DNA from: a bacterium
GTDB taxonomy: Bacteria > Acidobacteriota > Blastocatellia > Pyrinomonadales > Pyrinomonadaceae
Direction: 5' to 3'
NCBI GenBank assembly: GCA_040005515.1
Contig: JBDTYQ010000001.1
Span: 14,793 to 78,792, forward strand
DNA: 64,000 nt
Both the position numbers and the translations under genes were made by a program. Below the pieces are notes generated by a model that saw nothing but the letters and a program-made list of their open reading frames with translations, ran no database searches and was not told where the DNA came from. Shown in pieces: positions 1 to 9,329 of the stretch. How positions within the stretch are numbered: the first letter of the stretch is position 1; each line of letters starts with the position of its first letter.

Positions 1-70
1 CGTAAACAATGCTCTTAGGTTTCATCGTTAGCATCTGCAGTTCCAACTCCACGTGGGCGTCGCGAAGGCT

Positions 71-439
71 CTACTTCTTCAAACCGCGCACGTACAAGAC
101 AAGGGAATCAATCTCCGCTTCCGACATTTTCTTGTTGAAACTTGGCATCTTCCCGCGTCCATTTGATATTGAGTTGAAGATTCTTTCGTTGGAAACGTTG
201 CCTTGCCAATCGGAATCGGTCAAATCACGCGCGAGCTTGAGCTTTCCCTTCCGGGTTCTTGAGCGGCCATCGGTGCCATGACACGAAATGCAGTTCTGGC
301 TGTAGAGCGCTGTCGCGCTGCGCGCGCTGCTATCTGCGGAGGCGGGATTGCTCGCGCGAACACCGGCGCAAATCACGCCAAATGCCAGCGCAATCGTCAG
401 GGCCAGGGCATGAACAACGTGTGTTCGGGAACCTTTCAT
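71..439 (-). CDS. Monohaem class I c-type cytochrome, secreted
   Basis: Hydrophobic signal-like N-terminus (ALALTIALAFGVICAG). Single haem-binding CISCH (CxxCH) motif and a downstream GKMPSF segment that could supply the Met ligand. About 120 aa, typical of small soluble cytochromes c. Confidence 0.8.
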   Translation of the reverse strand: MKGSRTHVVHALALTIALAFGVICAGVRASNPASADSSARSATALYSQNCISCHGTDGRSRTRKGKLKLARDLTDSDWQGNVSNERIFNSISNGRGKMPSFNKKMSEAEIDSLVLYVRGLKK

Positions 440-592
440 AGAGCAGTTCTCGGTTTAAGAAAAAGCAAACCCATTCAGGGGTTGGTAGCAATTCATGCGG
501 GAGAGGGCTTTCGCACACATGATACTCAAGCCAAAGTCTTTTGTGTACCTGCAATTTTACCTGCGCGACCTTTTCAGGCAGGTTGAAAGGTT

Positions 593-2080
593 TTGGAATG
601 CGAAGTAAGCTCAGACCGCAGACGCGCAAATTCAACGGTGGAGATCGAAAAGTTGGGCGAAATATCTTTGGACAAGTTTCGCGATGAGTGCGGTGTGTTC
701 GGGATCTTCGGCCATCCTGATGCAGCTCGGCTCACTTACCTTGGCCTCTACGCGTTACAACATCGCGGGCAGGAGTCGTGCGGCATAGTTTCTTCGGACG
801 GCGTTGAGCTGCGACTCGAACGCGCCATGGGCCACGTCGCTGAGGCATTTGATCAGGAGCGCCTCGATCGTTTGCCCGGCACGAGCGCCATCGGGCACGT
901 ACGCTATTCCACCGCGGGCGAGGTTTCGATCCGCGAAGCTCAACCTTTTCTTGTCACCTGCCAACACGGTCAGATCGCGGTCTGTCACAACGGTAACCTT
1001 CCCTTCGCGCGGGAGGAGCGGCGTAAACTTGAACAAGAGGGAGCGATCTTCTCGGCCACATCCGATACCGAAGTGATTCTCCACGGGGTGGCGCGCTCAA
1101 GAACCGCGAGCGTTCGCGAAGCGATTCCGGAAGTTTTGCGAAAAACTGAAGGGGCTTTCTCAATGCTTTTTCTGACACCCGCCGAACTGATCGCCGTCCG
1201 CGATCCCCGAGGCTTTCGCCCGCTTGCCCTCGGTCGTCTGGGTGACGCCTGGGTTGTCGCATCCGAAACTTGCGCGTTCGATCTCATCGACGCGCAGTAT
1301 GTGCGAGATGTGGAACCCGGTGAGATGCTGGTCATCGATAAGACAGGGATGCACTCATCGCATCCGCTCCCCGACAAGCCGCATTCGATGTGCATCTTTG
1401 AGCACGTGTATTTTGCTCGACCCGATTCGTTGATCTACGGCCATTCGGTAAATGAATCGCGCCACAAGATGGGCAAGCGCCTGGCAATTGAGCAACCGTC
1501 TACCGCAGACATTGTCGTGCCGGTACCTGATTCAGGAGTTGCTGCGGCGATTGGATATTCGGCACAAAGCGGCATCAGCTATCGCCAGGGCTTGGTCCGT
1601 AATCACTACGTCGGCCGCACCTTTATCGAGCCCAAGCAATCGATTCGATCATTTGGCGTGCGCATCAAGCTTAATCCGGTGCGCGATCTTATCGCTGGTC
1701 GTAGTGTTGTCCTGATTGATGACTCGATCGTGCGCGGCACAACTTCGAAGAAGATCGTGCAGATGGTGCGCGAAGCGGGAGCCAGAGAGATCCACGTTCG
1801 CATTAGCTGCCCACCGACGATCAGTCCCTGTTACTACGGCGTGGACACGCCCAACAAGGCTGACTTGATTGCGGCGCAGATGTCGATCGAAGAGATCCGC
1901 AAGTTCATCGGGGCTGACTCGCTCGGTTATCTTTCCCTTGAAGGGATGATGGAAGCAACGGGAATCGATCCGAACTCCGCCTGTGTTGCCTGCTGGAATG
2001 AAAAGTACCCTACCCGAATCACCGGGGAGGCGGAAACGCTTTGGGAACGAGAACATGAACCGGTGACAACGGAAGGCTGA
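593..2080 (+). CDS. purF: Amidophosphoribosyltransferase
   Basis: Ntn-amidotransferase N-terminal motif CGVFGIFGH, PRTase motif VVLIDDSIVRGTT, and C-terminal Cys cluster (CYYGVDTP ... CVACW) as in Fe-S type PurF. The ATG at 593 implies a 31-aa propeptide. A TTG at 653 with GGAGA 8 nt upstream would give about a 12-aa propeptide and may be the real start. Confidence 0.95.
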   Translation: MECEVSSDRRRANSTVEIEKLGEISLDKFRDECGVFGIFGHPDAARLTYLGLYALQHRGQESCGIVSSDGVELRLERAMGHVAEAFDQERLDRLPGTSAIGHVRYSTAGEVSIREAQPFLVTCQHGQIAVCHNGNLPFAREERRKLEQEGAIFSATSDTEVILHGVARSRTASVREAIPEVLRKTEGAFSMLFLTPAELIAVRDPRGFRPLALGRLGDAWVVASETCAFDLIDAQYVRDVEPGEMLVIDKTGMHSSHPLPDKPHSMCIFEHVYFARPDSLIYGHSVNESRHKMGKRLAIEQPSTADIVVPVPDSGVAAAIGYSAQSGISYRQGLVRNHYVGRTFIEPKQSIRSFGVRIKLNPVRDLIAGRSVVLIDDSIVRGTTSKKIVQMVREAGAREIHVRISCPPTISPCYYGVDTPNKADLIAAQMSIEEIRKFIGADSLGYLSLEGMMEATGIDPNSACVACWNEKYPTRITGEAETLWEREHEPVTTEG

Positions 2081-2137
2081 TTCTGCAAGCGCAGCGTCCT
2101 GCTGCGTCATAACGCTTACGCGAAAGGCGAACTCGAT

Positions 2138-3292
2138 TTGCAACGAAAGGCCAAAGGATGCGGGTGCGCCGCTGCGGTGCTGGTAGTCGTGCTGGGAGCG
2201 GCCGGATATGCCGGCTGGAAGTACGCCCTGCCATGGTGGAAAACGAAACCGCCCCCGGCCTCGGGCGGTGAGTTGCAAGTGCACGTCCTTGATGTTGGCC
2301 CAGGCAATGGCGACTCAATCCTGATCATCTCTCCGACAGGCACAACCGTTCTCGTTGATGCGGGCGACGCAGGTAAAGGCAAGGTCATACTTGACGCGCT
2401 GAAGCGTTACAACGTGCAGCAGCTTGATTACGTCATCGTCACGCATCCGCACCCGGATCACATGGGCGGAGCCGACGAGGTTATCAAGGCGACCAAGGTG
2501 CTGAACGTGATTGATAACGGTCTTGCTCCGACCGATTCTGCGGGCGACGCGGCTGCGAAAGCCGCGGCTGCGAAGGCTCCCAAAAAGCCTTTGGCGAAGA
2601 AGCCGGATAAGAAGCCTTACGTCACGAAGTTTTACGACGAGTACAAAGCAGCTTTGGATGCGAGCGGCGCGCACTACGAAAAGGCTGAACCGGGAAAGAA
2701 ATTCGATCTCGGCGGCGGGGCTCGGATGACGATACTCGGTCCAGTCCAACCTTACTTTACGAAAGAACAAGTGAAGACCGGTGGCAATGAGCCGAACGCA
2801 AACTCGGTAGTGGCGCGTCTGGACTATGGCGCCTTCTCAATGTTGCTGCCGGGAGACGCGGAAGAGCAGACTGAGCACAAACTGCTCACCAAGGATTTAA
2901 GTCTTGAGGCGGAGGTTCTAAAGATTGCGCATCATGGTTCGAAGTACGCGACAGCCGCTGATTTCCTGGCGCGGGTGAAGCCCAAAGTAGCGATCATTTC
3001 CTGTGGCGAGTGGAACCGCTACGGCCATCCCGCACAGGTCGTTCTTGATCGTCTGAAAGCCGCGAACGTCAAAATCTATCGCACTGATTTACAAGGAGAG
3101 ATTTCAATCACGACTAAGGGGCGAGAAGGCGATTACGCAATCAAGACAGCCAAAGAAGCGAAGAGCGACTTGTGGATCGGCCGGCTGGCGCAGAAAGATG
3201 ATTCATCACGCGTCGGCTTCATCGCGTATGGCGACTTCGGACCTCCACCGAAAGTCGTGAATCGTGAATCGGGAAAGGCGAAACTAAAGTGA
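2138..3292 (+). CDS. Membrane-anchored MBL-fold hydrolase, ComEC/Rec2 C-terminal (nuclease-type) domain family
   Basis: TTG start. N-terminal TM anchor (AAAVLVVVLGAAGYAGW). LQVHVLDVGPGNGDSILI and THPHPDHMGG metallo-beta-lactamase motifs. Distal LLPGDAE and KIAHHGSKYA motifs typical of the ComEC lactamase_B domain. Ala/Lys/Pro-rich basic insert (AAAKAAAAKAPKKPLAKKPDKKP). The stop overlaps the purM GTG start (GTGA). Confidence 0.85.
   Translation: MQRKAKGCGCAAAVLVVVLGAAGYAGWKYALPWWKTKPPPASGGELQVHVLDVGPGNGDSILIISPTGTTVLVDAGDAGKGKVILDALKRYNVQQLDYVIVTHPHPDHMGGADEVIKATKVLNVIDNGLAPTDSAGDAAAKAAAAKAPKKPLAKKPDKKPYVTKFYDEYKAALDASGAHYEKAEPGKKFDLGGGARMTILGPVQPYFTKEQVKTGGNEPNANSVVARLDYGAFSMLLPGDAEEQTEHKLLTKDLSLEAEVLKIAHHGSKYATAADFLARVKPKVAIISCGEWNRYGHPAQVVLDRLKAANVKIYRTDLQGEISITTKGREGDYAIKTAKEAKSDLWIGRLAQKDDSSRVGFIAYGDFGPPPKVVNRESGKAKLK
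3256..3272. repeat. CGTGAAT x2 heptamer repeat, the reverse complement of the tyrS-upstream unit
   Basis: CGTGAAT CGTGAAT CGG lies inside the last codons of the MBL gene, 17 nt before the purM GTG. Confidence 0.6.
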
Positions 3293-4335
3293 CGAAGGCC
3301 GTAACGTACAGCGACGCCGGAGTCGATATCGACGCAGCCAATCGCGCCACCGCCAGGATTAAGGAACTCGCGCAGCGGACCTTCAATCAGCGAACGCTTT
3401 CCGACATCGGCAGCTTTGGCGGAATGTTTGATGGCGCGTTTCCCAAACTCAAGCAGCCTGTCCTGGTTGCGTCAGCAGACGGAGTAGGCACCAAACTGAA
3501 GATCGCTTTCCTCACTGGCGTTCACAATACGATCGGGCGCGACCTCGTTAACCATTGCGTCAACGACATTCTTGTTCAAGGCGCGCGACCACTCTTCTTT
3601 CTCGACTACATTGCGACCGGGAAATTATCGCCAGACGTAGTCGCCGGTATTGTCGAAGGCGTCGCGAATGGTTGCCGCGAAAACGGCGCCGTATTGCTTG
3701 GCGGCGAAACGGCAGAAATGCCCGGCTTCTACGCTGACGGTGAATATGACGTTGCTGGTTTCATTGTGGGCGTAGTCGATCGCGACAAGGTGATCGACGG
3801 CAAGGACATTACACCCGGTGATGAAATGCTGGCGCTGCCTTCAGTCGGACTGCACACCAACGGCTATTCGCTTGCTCGCAAACTCCTCCTTGAAGTCGCG
3901 GGTTACACGGTCGATACGAGACTCGATGAACTAGGTTCCACTGTAGGCGCCGCGTTGTTGCAGCCTCATCAAAGTTATCTTGCCGCGGTCGATGGGCTGC
4001 TGGACGGCGGAACGATTAAAGCTCTGGCCCACATCACCGGTGGTGGTCTAACAGAAAACATTCCACGCGTTCTTCCTGAAGGGACATCCGTGCGCATTGT
4101 GAAAGCAAGTTGGCCCATCCTGCCTGTCTTCACTCTCATGCAGAAGATCGGTAACGTCCCTGAATCAGAGATGTATCGAACTTTTAACATGGGCGTGGGA
4201 ATGGTTATAGTTTGCGCCCGTCAGCACGTTGATTCTATTAAGGGTCACTTCAAAGCTCTCGGCGAGAATTGCTATTCGATCGGTAGTGTCATTCCCGGCA
4301 ACCGGGAAGTAAAGTTCACTTCAATCGCGGATTAA
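3289..4335 (+). CDS. purM: Phosphoribosylformylglycinamidine cyclo-ligase (AIR synthetase)
   Basis: Full-length PurM pattern: YSDAGVDID, SADGVGTKLKIA, DLVNHCVNDILVQGA, GGETAEMPG, HITGGGL. GTG start in a 4-nt overlap with the upstream gene. Confidence 0.95.
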   Translation: MTKAVTYSDAGVDIDAANRATARIKELAQRTFNQRTLSDIGSFGGMFDGAFPKLKQPVLVASADGVGTKLKIAFLTGVHNTIGRDLVNHCVNDILVQGARPLFFLDYIATGKLSPDVVAGIVEGVANGCRENGAVLLGGETAEMPGFYADGEYDVAGFIVGVVDRDKVIDGKDITPGDEMLALPSVGLHTNGYSLARKLLLEVAGYTVDTRLDELGSTVGAALLQPHQSYLAAVDGLLDGGTIKALAHITGGGLTENIPRVLPEGTSVRIVKASWPILPVFTLMQKIGNVPESEMYRTFNMGVGMVIVCARQHVDSIKGHFKALGENCYSIGSVIPGNREVKFTSIAD

Positions 4336-4426
4336 GCGGTTCCGCAGCCTGTTCAACCAAAGAATTATTCGCCTCGCACGGCCTCTCATTCACAAATCTC
4401 GGTAGCTCGAGGAAAGGGGGAACCCC

Positions 4427-7400
4427 ATGCCAGATAACGTGCCCACTGAACCGGCTCAAGAAGGGAGAGAACCGCTGCCGCCGGTCGCGTGGCTGCTGGG
4501 CCGCCAGTTAATTGCCAGCCTCAAGTGGATCCTGCTGTACACCGCATTTGGAACGAAGCTCGATGCGCGCGATTGGATGGATGCAAGAGTCTACCCTGCA
4601 GACGATCAAGCGGAAGCGGACGAGCAATGGAAGAAGATGCATTCGCGCATCGAGGGCGGGGACCCATCAGCAAGCGATGCCGGCAAGAGTGGCACTGATT
4701 TCTGGGCCGGTAAAGAATTTTGGTTCGACTATCTATCTGACACAGGCGACGGCACCACAGCCACCTACAGCATCGCTTACCTCTGTCTCAATAATCTCTG
4801 GATGAAGAAGCGCTGGGAGGAAATGCCCGACCCAAAGGAAGCGGGATTGCGGCTCGAGTGTTTTAAGAAGGAGGACGACGAATATCCTGAGCCACTCCCG
4901 CGCGGCGAATTCCTCTTAATCGGCGGCGACACCAGTTACCACCTGTCTGACTACGCCACTCTGCACCTGCGATTTCAGAGTCCATTCAACTGGGCATACC
5001 AGGACTTAACAGAGGACCTTAAGAAAGTCGGAAAGCAGATCGATGACGAAGCTTCACGTGCAATTGGCACGAATCGCCGGCCGCTGTTTGGCATACCGGG
5101 GAATCACGACTACTACGACATGCTCGATGGCTTCCGCAGGCAGTTTCGAACTCCAGTCGTGACGCGTCCGGAAACGAAGGTTTACTCCAAAAACGATCTG
5201 ACGGCTCCGCAGTTAATGATCCACGGTTTCAAGAGAGAACAGAACACCAGTTACGTTGCGTTGCGGCTTCCTTTCGGGTGGATGCTTTGGGGACTGGATA
5301 CAGAGGTAGGCAAGATTGATGAGCGGCAGAGAGATTTTTTCAGACACACCAATCAAGAAAAGATCCCTGACAAACTGATCGTGGCCACCAGCGCGCCCAC
5401 CACGGTATTTGGGAAGCTCGCTGATCGTGACGATGAAAAATGCAGCAAGGCATTCTTTCAACTCAAACTGCCGCGCCCCTTCGTTTCAGAAAAAGAGATT
5501 GGCGAGCCGGTGGATCTGGCTCCGAATCAGATACGCCTCGATATTGCGGGCGACGTGCATCAGTATGCAAGATACTGGGGACCCGCGAATCGAATCACTA
5601 ACCCGCGCACAACAGCTACCGCCGCCGCTCCCAGCGCGCAGAATTACGCGTCGGTGGTTTCGGGTTTGGGAGGCGCGTTCCATCATCCCTCAACCACCTA
5701 CGTCGATGAGATCAAAGAGCAGGCGCTTTATCCGACCGAGGAAACTTCCCGCAAGGCTGTCGCTGCGGAGATATTTAATCCTGTAAAAGTTTTCAGAGGC
5801 GGTGGAGTCGGAGTGATTGGCGCCGCGATTGCTCTGGTACTCGCCTTCGCCGCGATCGCTAATGACAGCAGTCGCCCTGCGATCCATAACTTTGCGCTTT
5901 TCAACTACCTCCACATCACACAGCCTGAGCACTACGAGTCAACAGTCGTCAGCAATGCCGAGCAAAAGGCGAAAAAGCTAAGCCAGGCGCAAGAAACCGT
6001 TGCAGCGGCTACTGCGGAAAATATTGCCACGGACGCACAACCGAAAATCGTCGAACCGTTCGTTCTCTGGAGAAGAGGACTCTTCGCGATCACTGATGCA
6101 ACCTGGTCACCCGTGGTCGATCAGTCAAAACTTCCCGCGGGCTCCGACCTGAGCCGGTGCCAGCAATATCGTTTGCTTTATCTCTGGGGTGATTGTCAGG
6201 TGAAGTGGCCTGTCGATTACAAGATCGGGATGTTCATGCTGCTTGCAACTCTGTTTGTGATCGGATTCACTTTCTATTTGAGTGAACGAGCCTACAAGTT
6301 GGCGGACAAACAAGAGGATGTGCAGCAAGGAGCCAGGAGCCCTCAGCAGGGTGATGAAGTGCCTACCAAGAAGAAGGCCGAGAAGGTAGCCAACAAAGTG
6401 CTGTGGTCGCTCTGGCCCACGCTCGCTCTCAACGTTGTGCTCGGCGTGATTGGCGTTCTGTCGATCATTCCCTACCGGCCGTTCATCACACCGTTCGGAA
6501 ATAGTCTGTGGGTACTGCTTACGCTCGCGTGGGCCGCGAGTTCGATCATTTTTAGTATGCGCTACAGTGACTGGCTGTTCATTCAGGCCTCGAAAACAGC
6601 GGTCACCAGCAAGGATTGGCTGATTACGTGGGCGCTCGCGGCGGCGACACTCGCGAGTCTCGCAGTGGGGCTTTGGCTCTTCGGAAAAAACAACCTGCCG
6701 GCCTATCTCGTAGCTGACATCATCTTCGTCACCGTGCTGATTGCCACCTTTGTCGGTCTGATCTATGTGGCGGTCTCCATGGGCGGCGAGCATCAGCGAG
6801 GTCTTGGAAAATGGGGAATGGGAGTGCTGGGCTTTTGGCATTGGCTCTTACAAGTGGGGGTCGCGTTGTTCCTGCTCAAGAAGGGCACATGGTTGACAGT
6901 AGCGTTGGCCGGTTTAGCCTGCTTCATTTTTAATGCCTTCGGAAAGCGGTTCATGAAAGAGAACTACAAATGGCGACTGGTGGGAGCCTGGGTTGCATTC
7001 GGAGCGACGATGTTAGCATTGCCGCCACTCGTCTTTTGGTGGTTCGCCAAAATAAGCACACTCGATCCCACGCTTTGGAATTTTCTCTTTTGGCCGCATA
7101 AAGGTCCGACTTCCTTTGCCTCGTATGAGTGGTGGGGCGACTACGGTGGCTTCTGGCAATTGATACCGCTGACAGTTGCGTGCTTGTTAGGGCTTGGCCT
7201 GAGTTGTATTTGGATTGGTTGGTATTTTGCGGTATGCCTTCGCTTCAATGGCCACAACAACGAAAGCGGTGGCGCGGCTCGGATTGAGAACTACAAACAG
7301 TTCATTCGCTTCCGCCTTCGCGAGAACGATCTAACCGGCTATGTGATTGCAGTGGATAACCCGAACACAGCCGGTAGCCGGCTTCAAGGTGACGCGAGGA

Positions 7401-7435
7401 TCGTGGACATCTTTCAACTCAAGCGAGTGACCTAG
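4427..7435 (+). CDS. Large fusion protein: N-terminal calcineurin-like metallophosphoesterase domain plus about 10 predicted TM helices; function unknown
   Basis: Good SD (GGAAAGGGGGA) before the ATG. Metallophosphoesterase motifs in order: LSDTGDG, LIGGDTSYH, IPGNHDYYD, IAGDVHQYARY, GLGGAFHH. From about aa 455 there are many hydrophobic segments (e.g. VIGAAIALVLAFAAI, MFMLLATLFVIGFTFYL, VVLGVIGVLSIIPY, IIFVTVLIATFVGLIYVAV), then a soluble tail of about 70 aa. Confidence 0.75.
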   Translation: MPDNVPTEPAQEGREPLPPVAWLLGRQLIASLKWILLYTAFGTKLDARDWMDARVYPADDQAEADEQWKKMHSRIEGGDPSASDAGKSGTDFWAGKEFWFDYLSDTGDGTTATYSIAYLCLNNLWMKKRWEEMPDPKEAGLRLECFKKEDDEYPEPLPRGEFLLIGGDTSYHLSDYATLHLRFQSPFNWAYQDLTEDLKKVGKQIDDEASRAIGTNRRPLFGIPGNHDYYDMLDGFRRQFRTPVVTRPETKVYSKNDLTAPQLMIHGFKREQNTSYVALRLPFGWMLWGLDTEVGKIDERQRDFFRHTNQEKIPDKLIVATSAPTTVFGKLADRDDEKCSKAFFQLKLPRPFVSEKEIGEPVDLAPNQIRLDIAGDVHQYARYWGPANRITNPRTTATAAAPSAQNYASVVSGLGGAFHHPSTTYVDEIKEQALYPTEETSRKAVAAEIFNPVKVFRGGGVGVIGAAIALVLAFAAIANDSSRPAIHNFALFNYLHITQPEHYESTVVSNAEQKAKKLSQAQETVAAATAENIATDAQPKIVEPFVLWRRGLFAITDATWSPVVDQSKLPAGSDLSRCQQYRLLYLWGDCQVKWPVDYKIGMFMLLATLFVIGFTFYLSERAYKLADKQEDVQQGARSPQQGDEVPTKKKAEKVANKVLWSLWPTLALNVVLGVIGVLSIIPYRPFITPFGNSLWVLLTLAWAASSIIFSMRYSDWLFIQASKTAVTSKDWLITWALAAATLASLAVGLWLFGKNNLPAYLVADIIFVTVLIATFVGLIYVAVSMGGEHQRGLGKWGMGVLGFWHWLLQVGVALFLLKKGTWLTVALAGLACFIFNAFGKRFMKENYKWRLVGAWVAFGATMLALPPLVFWWFAKISTLDPTLWNFLFWPHKGPTSFASYEWWGDYGGFWQLIPLTVACLLGLGLSCIWIGWYFAVCLRFNGHNNESGGAARIENYKQFIRFRLRENDLTGYVIAVDNPNTAGSRLQGDARIVDIFQLKRVT

Positions 7436-7492
7436 GCCGCTACACTAGCTGTTTGGATCCCGATTACTGGACCCTCTTTCGGCAAAGCAATC

Positions 7493-8119
7493 TTGACGAA
7501 CCCCGCACAGATTTGTCGCCTCGCGATCCTGATCTCCGGCCGTGGTTCAAACCTCGTCGCGCTCGCTGACGCTGTGAGCGATGGCCGCATCCCGGGTTCT
7601 GAAATCTCCCTTGTCATTAGCGATCACCCCGACGCCGTCGGACTGCAGCATGCCCAAGAGCGCGGTTTGAAAACTCTTGTGCTGGAACGCAGCGGCGGCT
7701 CTCGCGAATCACACGATCACCGAATCGTTGCCGCGCTTCAGGAAAACCGCATCGACCTCGTTTGTCTTGCCGGGTACATGAGATTGCTGTCGCACGACTT
7801 TGTTGAAGCCTTTCGCGGTCGCATCCTGAATATTCATCCCAGCCTGCTTCCAGCATTCCCCGGTTTAGCTGCGCCAGAACAAGCCCTTGAGCACGGTGTG
7901 AAGTGGAGTGGCTGCACGGTGCACTTCGTCGATGAGACTCTCGATGGCGGAGCAATCATCGCGCAAAAGATTGTGCCGGTGTTGGACGGCGATACTGAGG
8001 CGACGCTTAGTGCGCGCATCCTCGAGCAGGAGCATCAGCTTTATGCCGAAGCTATCGCGTTGGTGGTGAGCGGGAAGTACCAGACTGTTGGAAGACGTGT
8101 GAGGAGAACTGAACGCTGA
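7493..8119 (+). CDS. purN: Phosphoribosylglycinamide formyltransferase
   Basis: TTG start. LISGRGSNL, CLAGYMRLL, NIHPSLLPAFPG and GCTVHFVDETLDGG motifs of PurN. Confidence 0.93.
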   Translation: MTNPAQICRLAILISGRGSNLVALADAVSDGRIPGSEISLVISDHPDAVGLQHAQERGLKTLVLERSGGSRESHDHRIVAALQENRIDLVCLAGYMRLLSHDFVEAFRGRILNIHPSLLPAFPGLAAPEQALEHGVKWSGCTVHFVDETLDGGAIIAQKIVPVLDGDTEATLSARILEQEHQLYAEAIALVVSGKYQTVGRRVRRTER

Positions 8120-8278
8120 GGCGTGCAGCCGAGGACATGAGACAGGGACAAAAGAGCCCGCTCCGCGGGTTTCGGACCCCCCACTGTCGGCCGACCTCGT
8201 GCGCATAGTCTGAGACTTGTGCCAGGAGATTTCAGCCGGTGAGTTCGAACGGGATTCAAATGGGCGTCGAGGAGTCAG

Positions 8279-9184
8279 CTACTTCTCGTTTTTGTTTTTT
8301 GCACCCAACGCTTCCGCCCGCTTATAAGCAGCCCACACTGCTTTGGACAGCACTGTTCGCAGGCTGCCTTTTTCCATCTGGTAGATCGCTTCCGCAGAAG
8401 TGCCTCCGGGCGACGTGACCATGTTGCGCAATTCCGCGGGATGCTTATGCGACTCCTGCGCGAAAAGGACCGAGCCGAGCATCGTCTGCAACACCAGCTC
8501 CTGAGCGACATGACGTGAGAAGCCCATGTGCACCCCGGCATCCACGAGCGCTTCCATCACGAGGAAGATGTACGTCGGTCCAGTCGCACTGAGGGCCGTC
8601 GCCATGTCAATCTGTCGTTCGTTCTCAACTCGCATCGCCTTGCCGAGAGCTTCCAACATGGCAACAACCTCGACTTCCTGCGCCTCGCTCACTTCCGGTG
8701 TTCCTGTCCAGGTAGTCATTCCCGCTCCGATCTGCGAGGGAGTGTTGGGCATTGTGCGCACGATTGCTGGATGCAGCAGTTCCGAGGCGATCGTTTCGCA
8801 TCGCGCACCGGCAACGATCGAGACGACGAGTTGCTTAGGATGTATCGCACCCTTCAACTCGCCCAGCACTTTGTTTAGTCGTTGTGGTTTGATGGAGAGG
8901 ATGACCTGCGATCCAGTTCTTCCAGTCGTGGCGGATTCGTCCTCAGGGTGGGCCGCAACCACCGCTTCGCGATTGCTCTCAAACATGCGCACGCCATACT
9001 TGGTGTAAAGCTCCTCGCGACGCGCAGCGCGGGGGTGACTGCCGACGAGCTGATCTGCGGTGACAAGCTTCTTGCGGAGTAGTCCCGCGATGATCGCTTC
9101 AGCCATCACGCCGCAACCGATGAATGCAAGTCGAGCATGCTCGAGAGGGTTGCGCAGTCCGTCGAGCTTTTCGTTTTCAGTCAC
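8279..9184 (-). CDS. proC: Pyrroline-5-carboxylate reductase
   Basis: Rossmann N-terminus FIGCGVMAEAI. MPNTPSQIGAGMT and C-terminal VTSPGGTSAEAI motifs characteristic of ProC. Confidence 0.9.
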   Translation of the reverse strand: MTENEKLDGLRNPLEHARLAFIGCGVMAEAIIAGLLRKKLVTADQLVGSHPRAARREELYTKYGVRMFESNREAVVAAHPEDESATTGRTGSQVILSIKPQRLNKVLGELKGAIHPKQLVVSIVAGARCETIASELLHPAIVRTMPNTPSQIGAGMTTWTGTPEVSEAQEVEVVAMLEALGKAMRVENERQIDMATALSATGPTYIFLVMEALVDAGVHMGFSRHVAQELVLQTMLGSVLFAQESHKHPAELRNMVTSPGGTSAEAIYQMEKGSLRTVLSKAVWAAYKRAEALGAKNKNEK

Positions 9185-9302
9185 AGCGATATCTCCTTAT
9201 GAGTACGCTGCTGCACGCGTACTCGCACTGGAATTGCTGAGCAAATATTTTGAAAAGGAGCATAGCGCACGCTCTGTAGATGCGCTACTCTCTCAAATAT
9301 TC

Positions 9303-9329
9303 TAATTCCGATTCACGATTCACGAAGCC
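9303..9329. repeat. Heptanucleotide array (GATTCAC x2 plus degenerate flanks) abutting the tyrS start codon
   Basis: AATTCC GATTCAC GATTCAC GAAGCC, followed immediately by ATG. Confidence 0.7.

Noticed and set aside
1-24. Possible start of a minus-strand gene (ATGAAACCTAAGAGC...) running off the left edge.
   Set aside because: Only eight codons are visible and there is no SD, so it cannot be supported.
440-592. Possible purine or ZTP riboswitch ahead of purF.
   Set aside because: I could not find the conserved ZTP pseudoknot core (…CCGCCTGGGC-like) or a purine-riboswitch three-way junction pattern by eye. A cmsearch would be needed to be certain.
6125-6841. Long alternative-frame or antisense ORFs in the track. 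Examples: 6125-6841 (-), 1649-2284 (-), 8526-9008 (+), 40559-41110 (-), 58355-59014 (+), 59944-60624 (+), 55284-55805 (-).
   Set aside because: Each lies wholly inside a gene on the other strand or frame that has clear family motifs. Their products are Arg/Ser/Pro-rich low-complexity sequence, typical of spurious ORFs in GC-biased DNA.
8238-8253. tRNA-like T-arm string GGTGAGTTCGAACGGG in the purN-proC spacer.
   Set aside because: No acceptor stem, D-arm or anticodon stem can be built around it, and it lacks the GGTTCGAATCC consensus.
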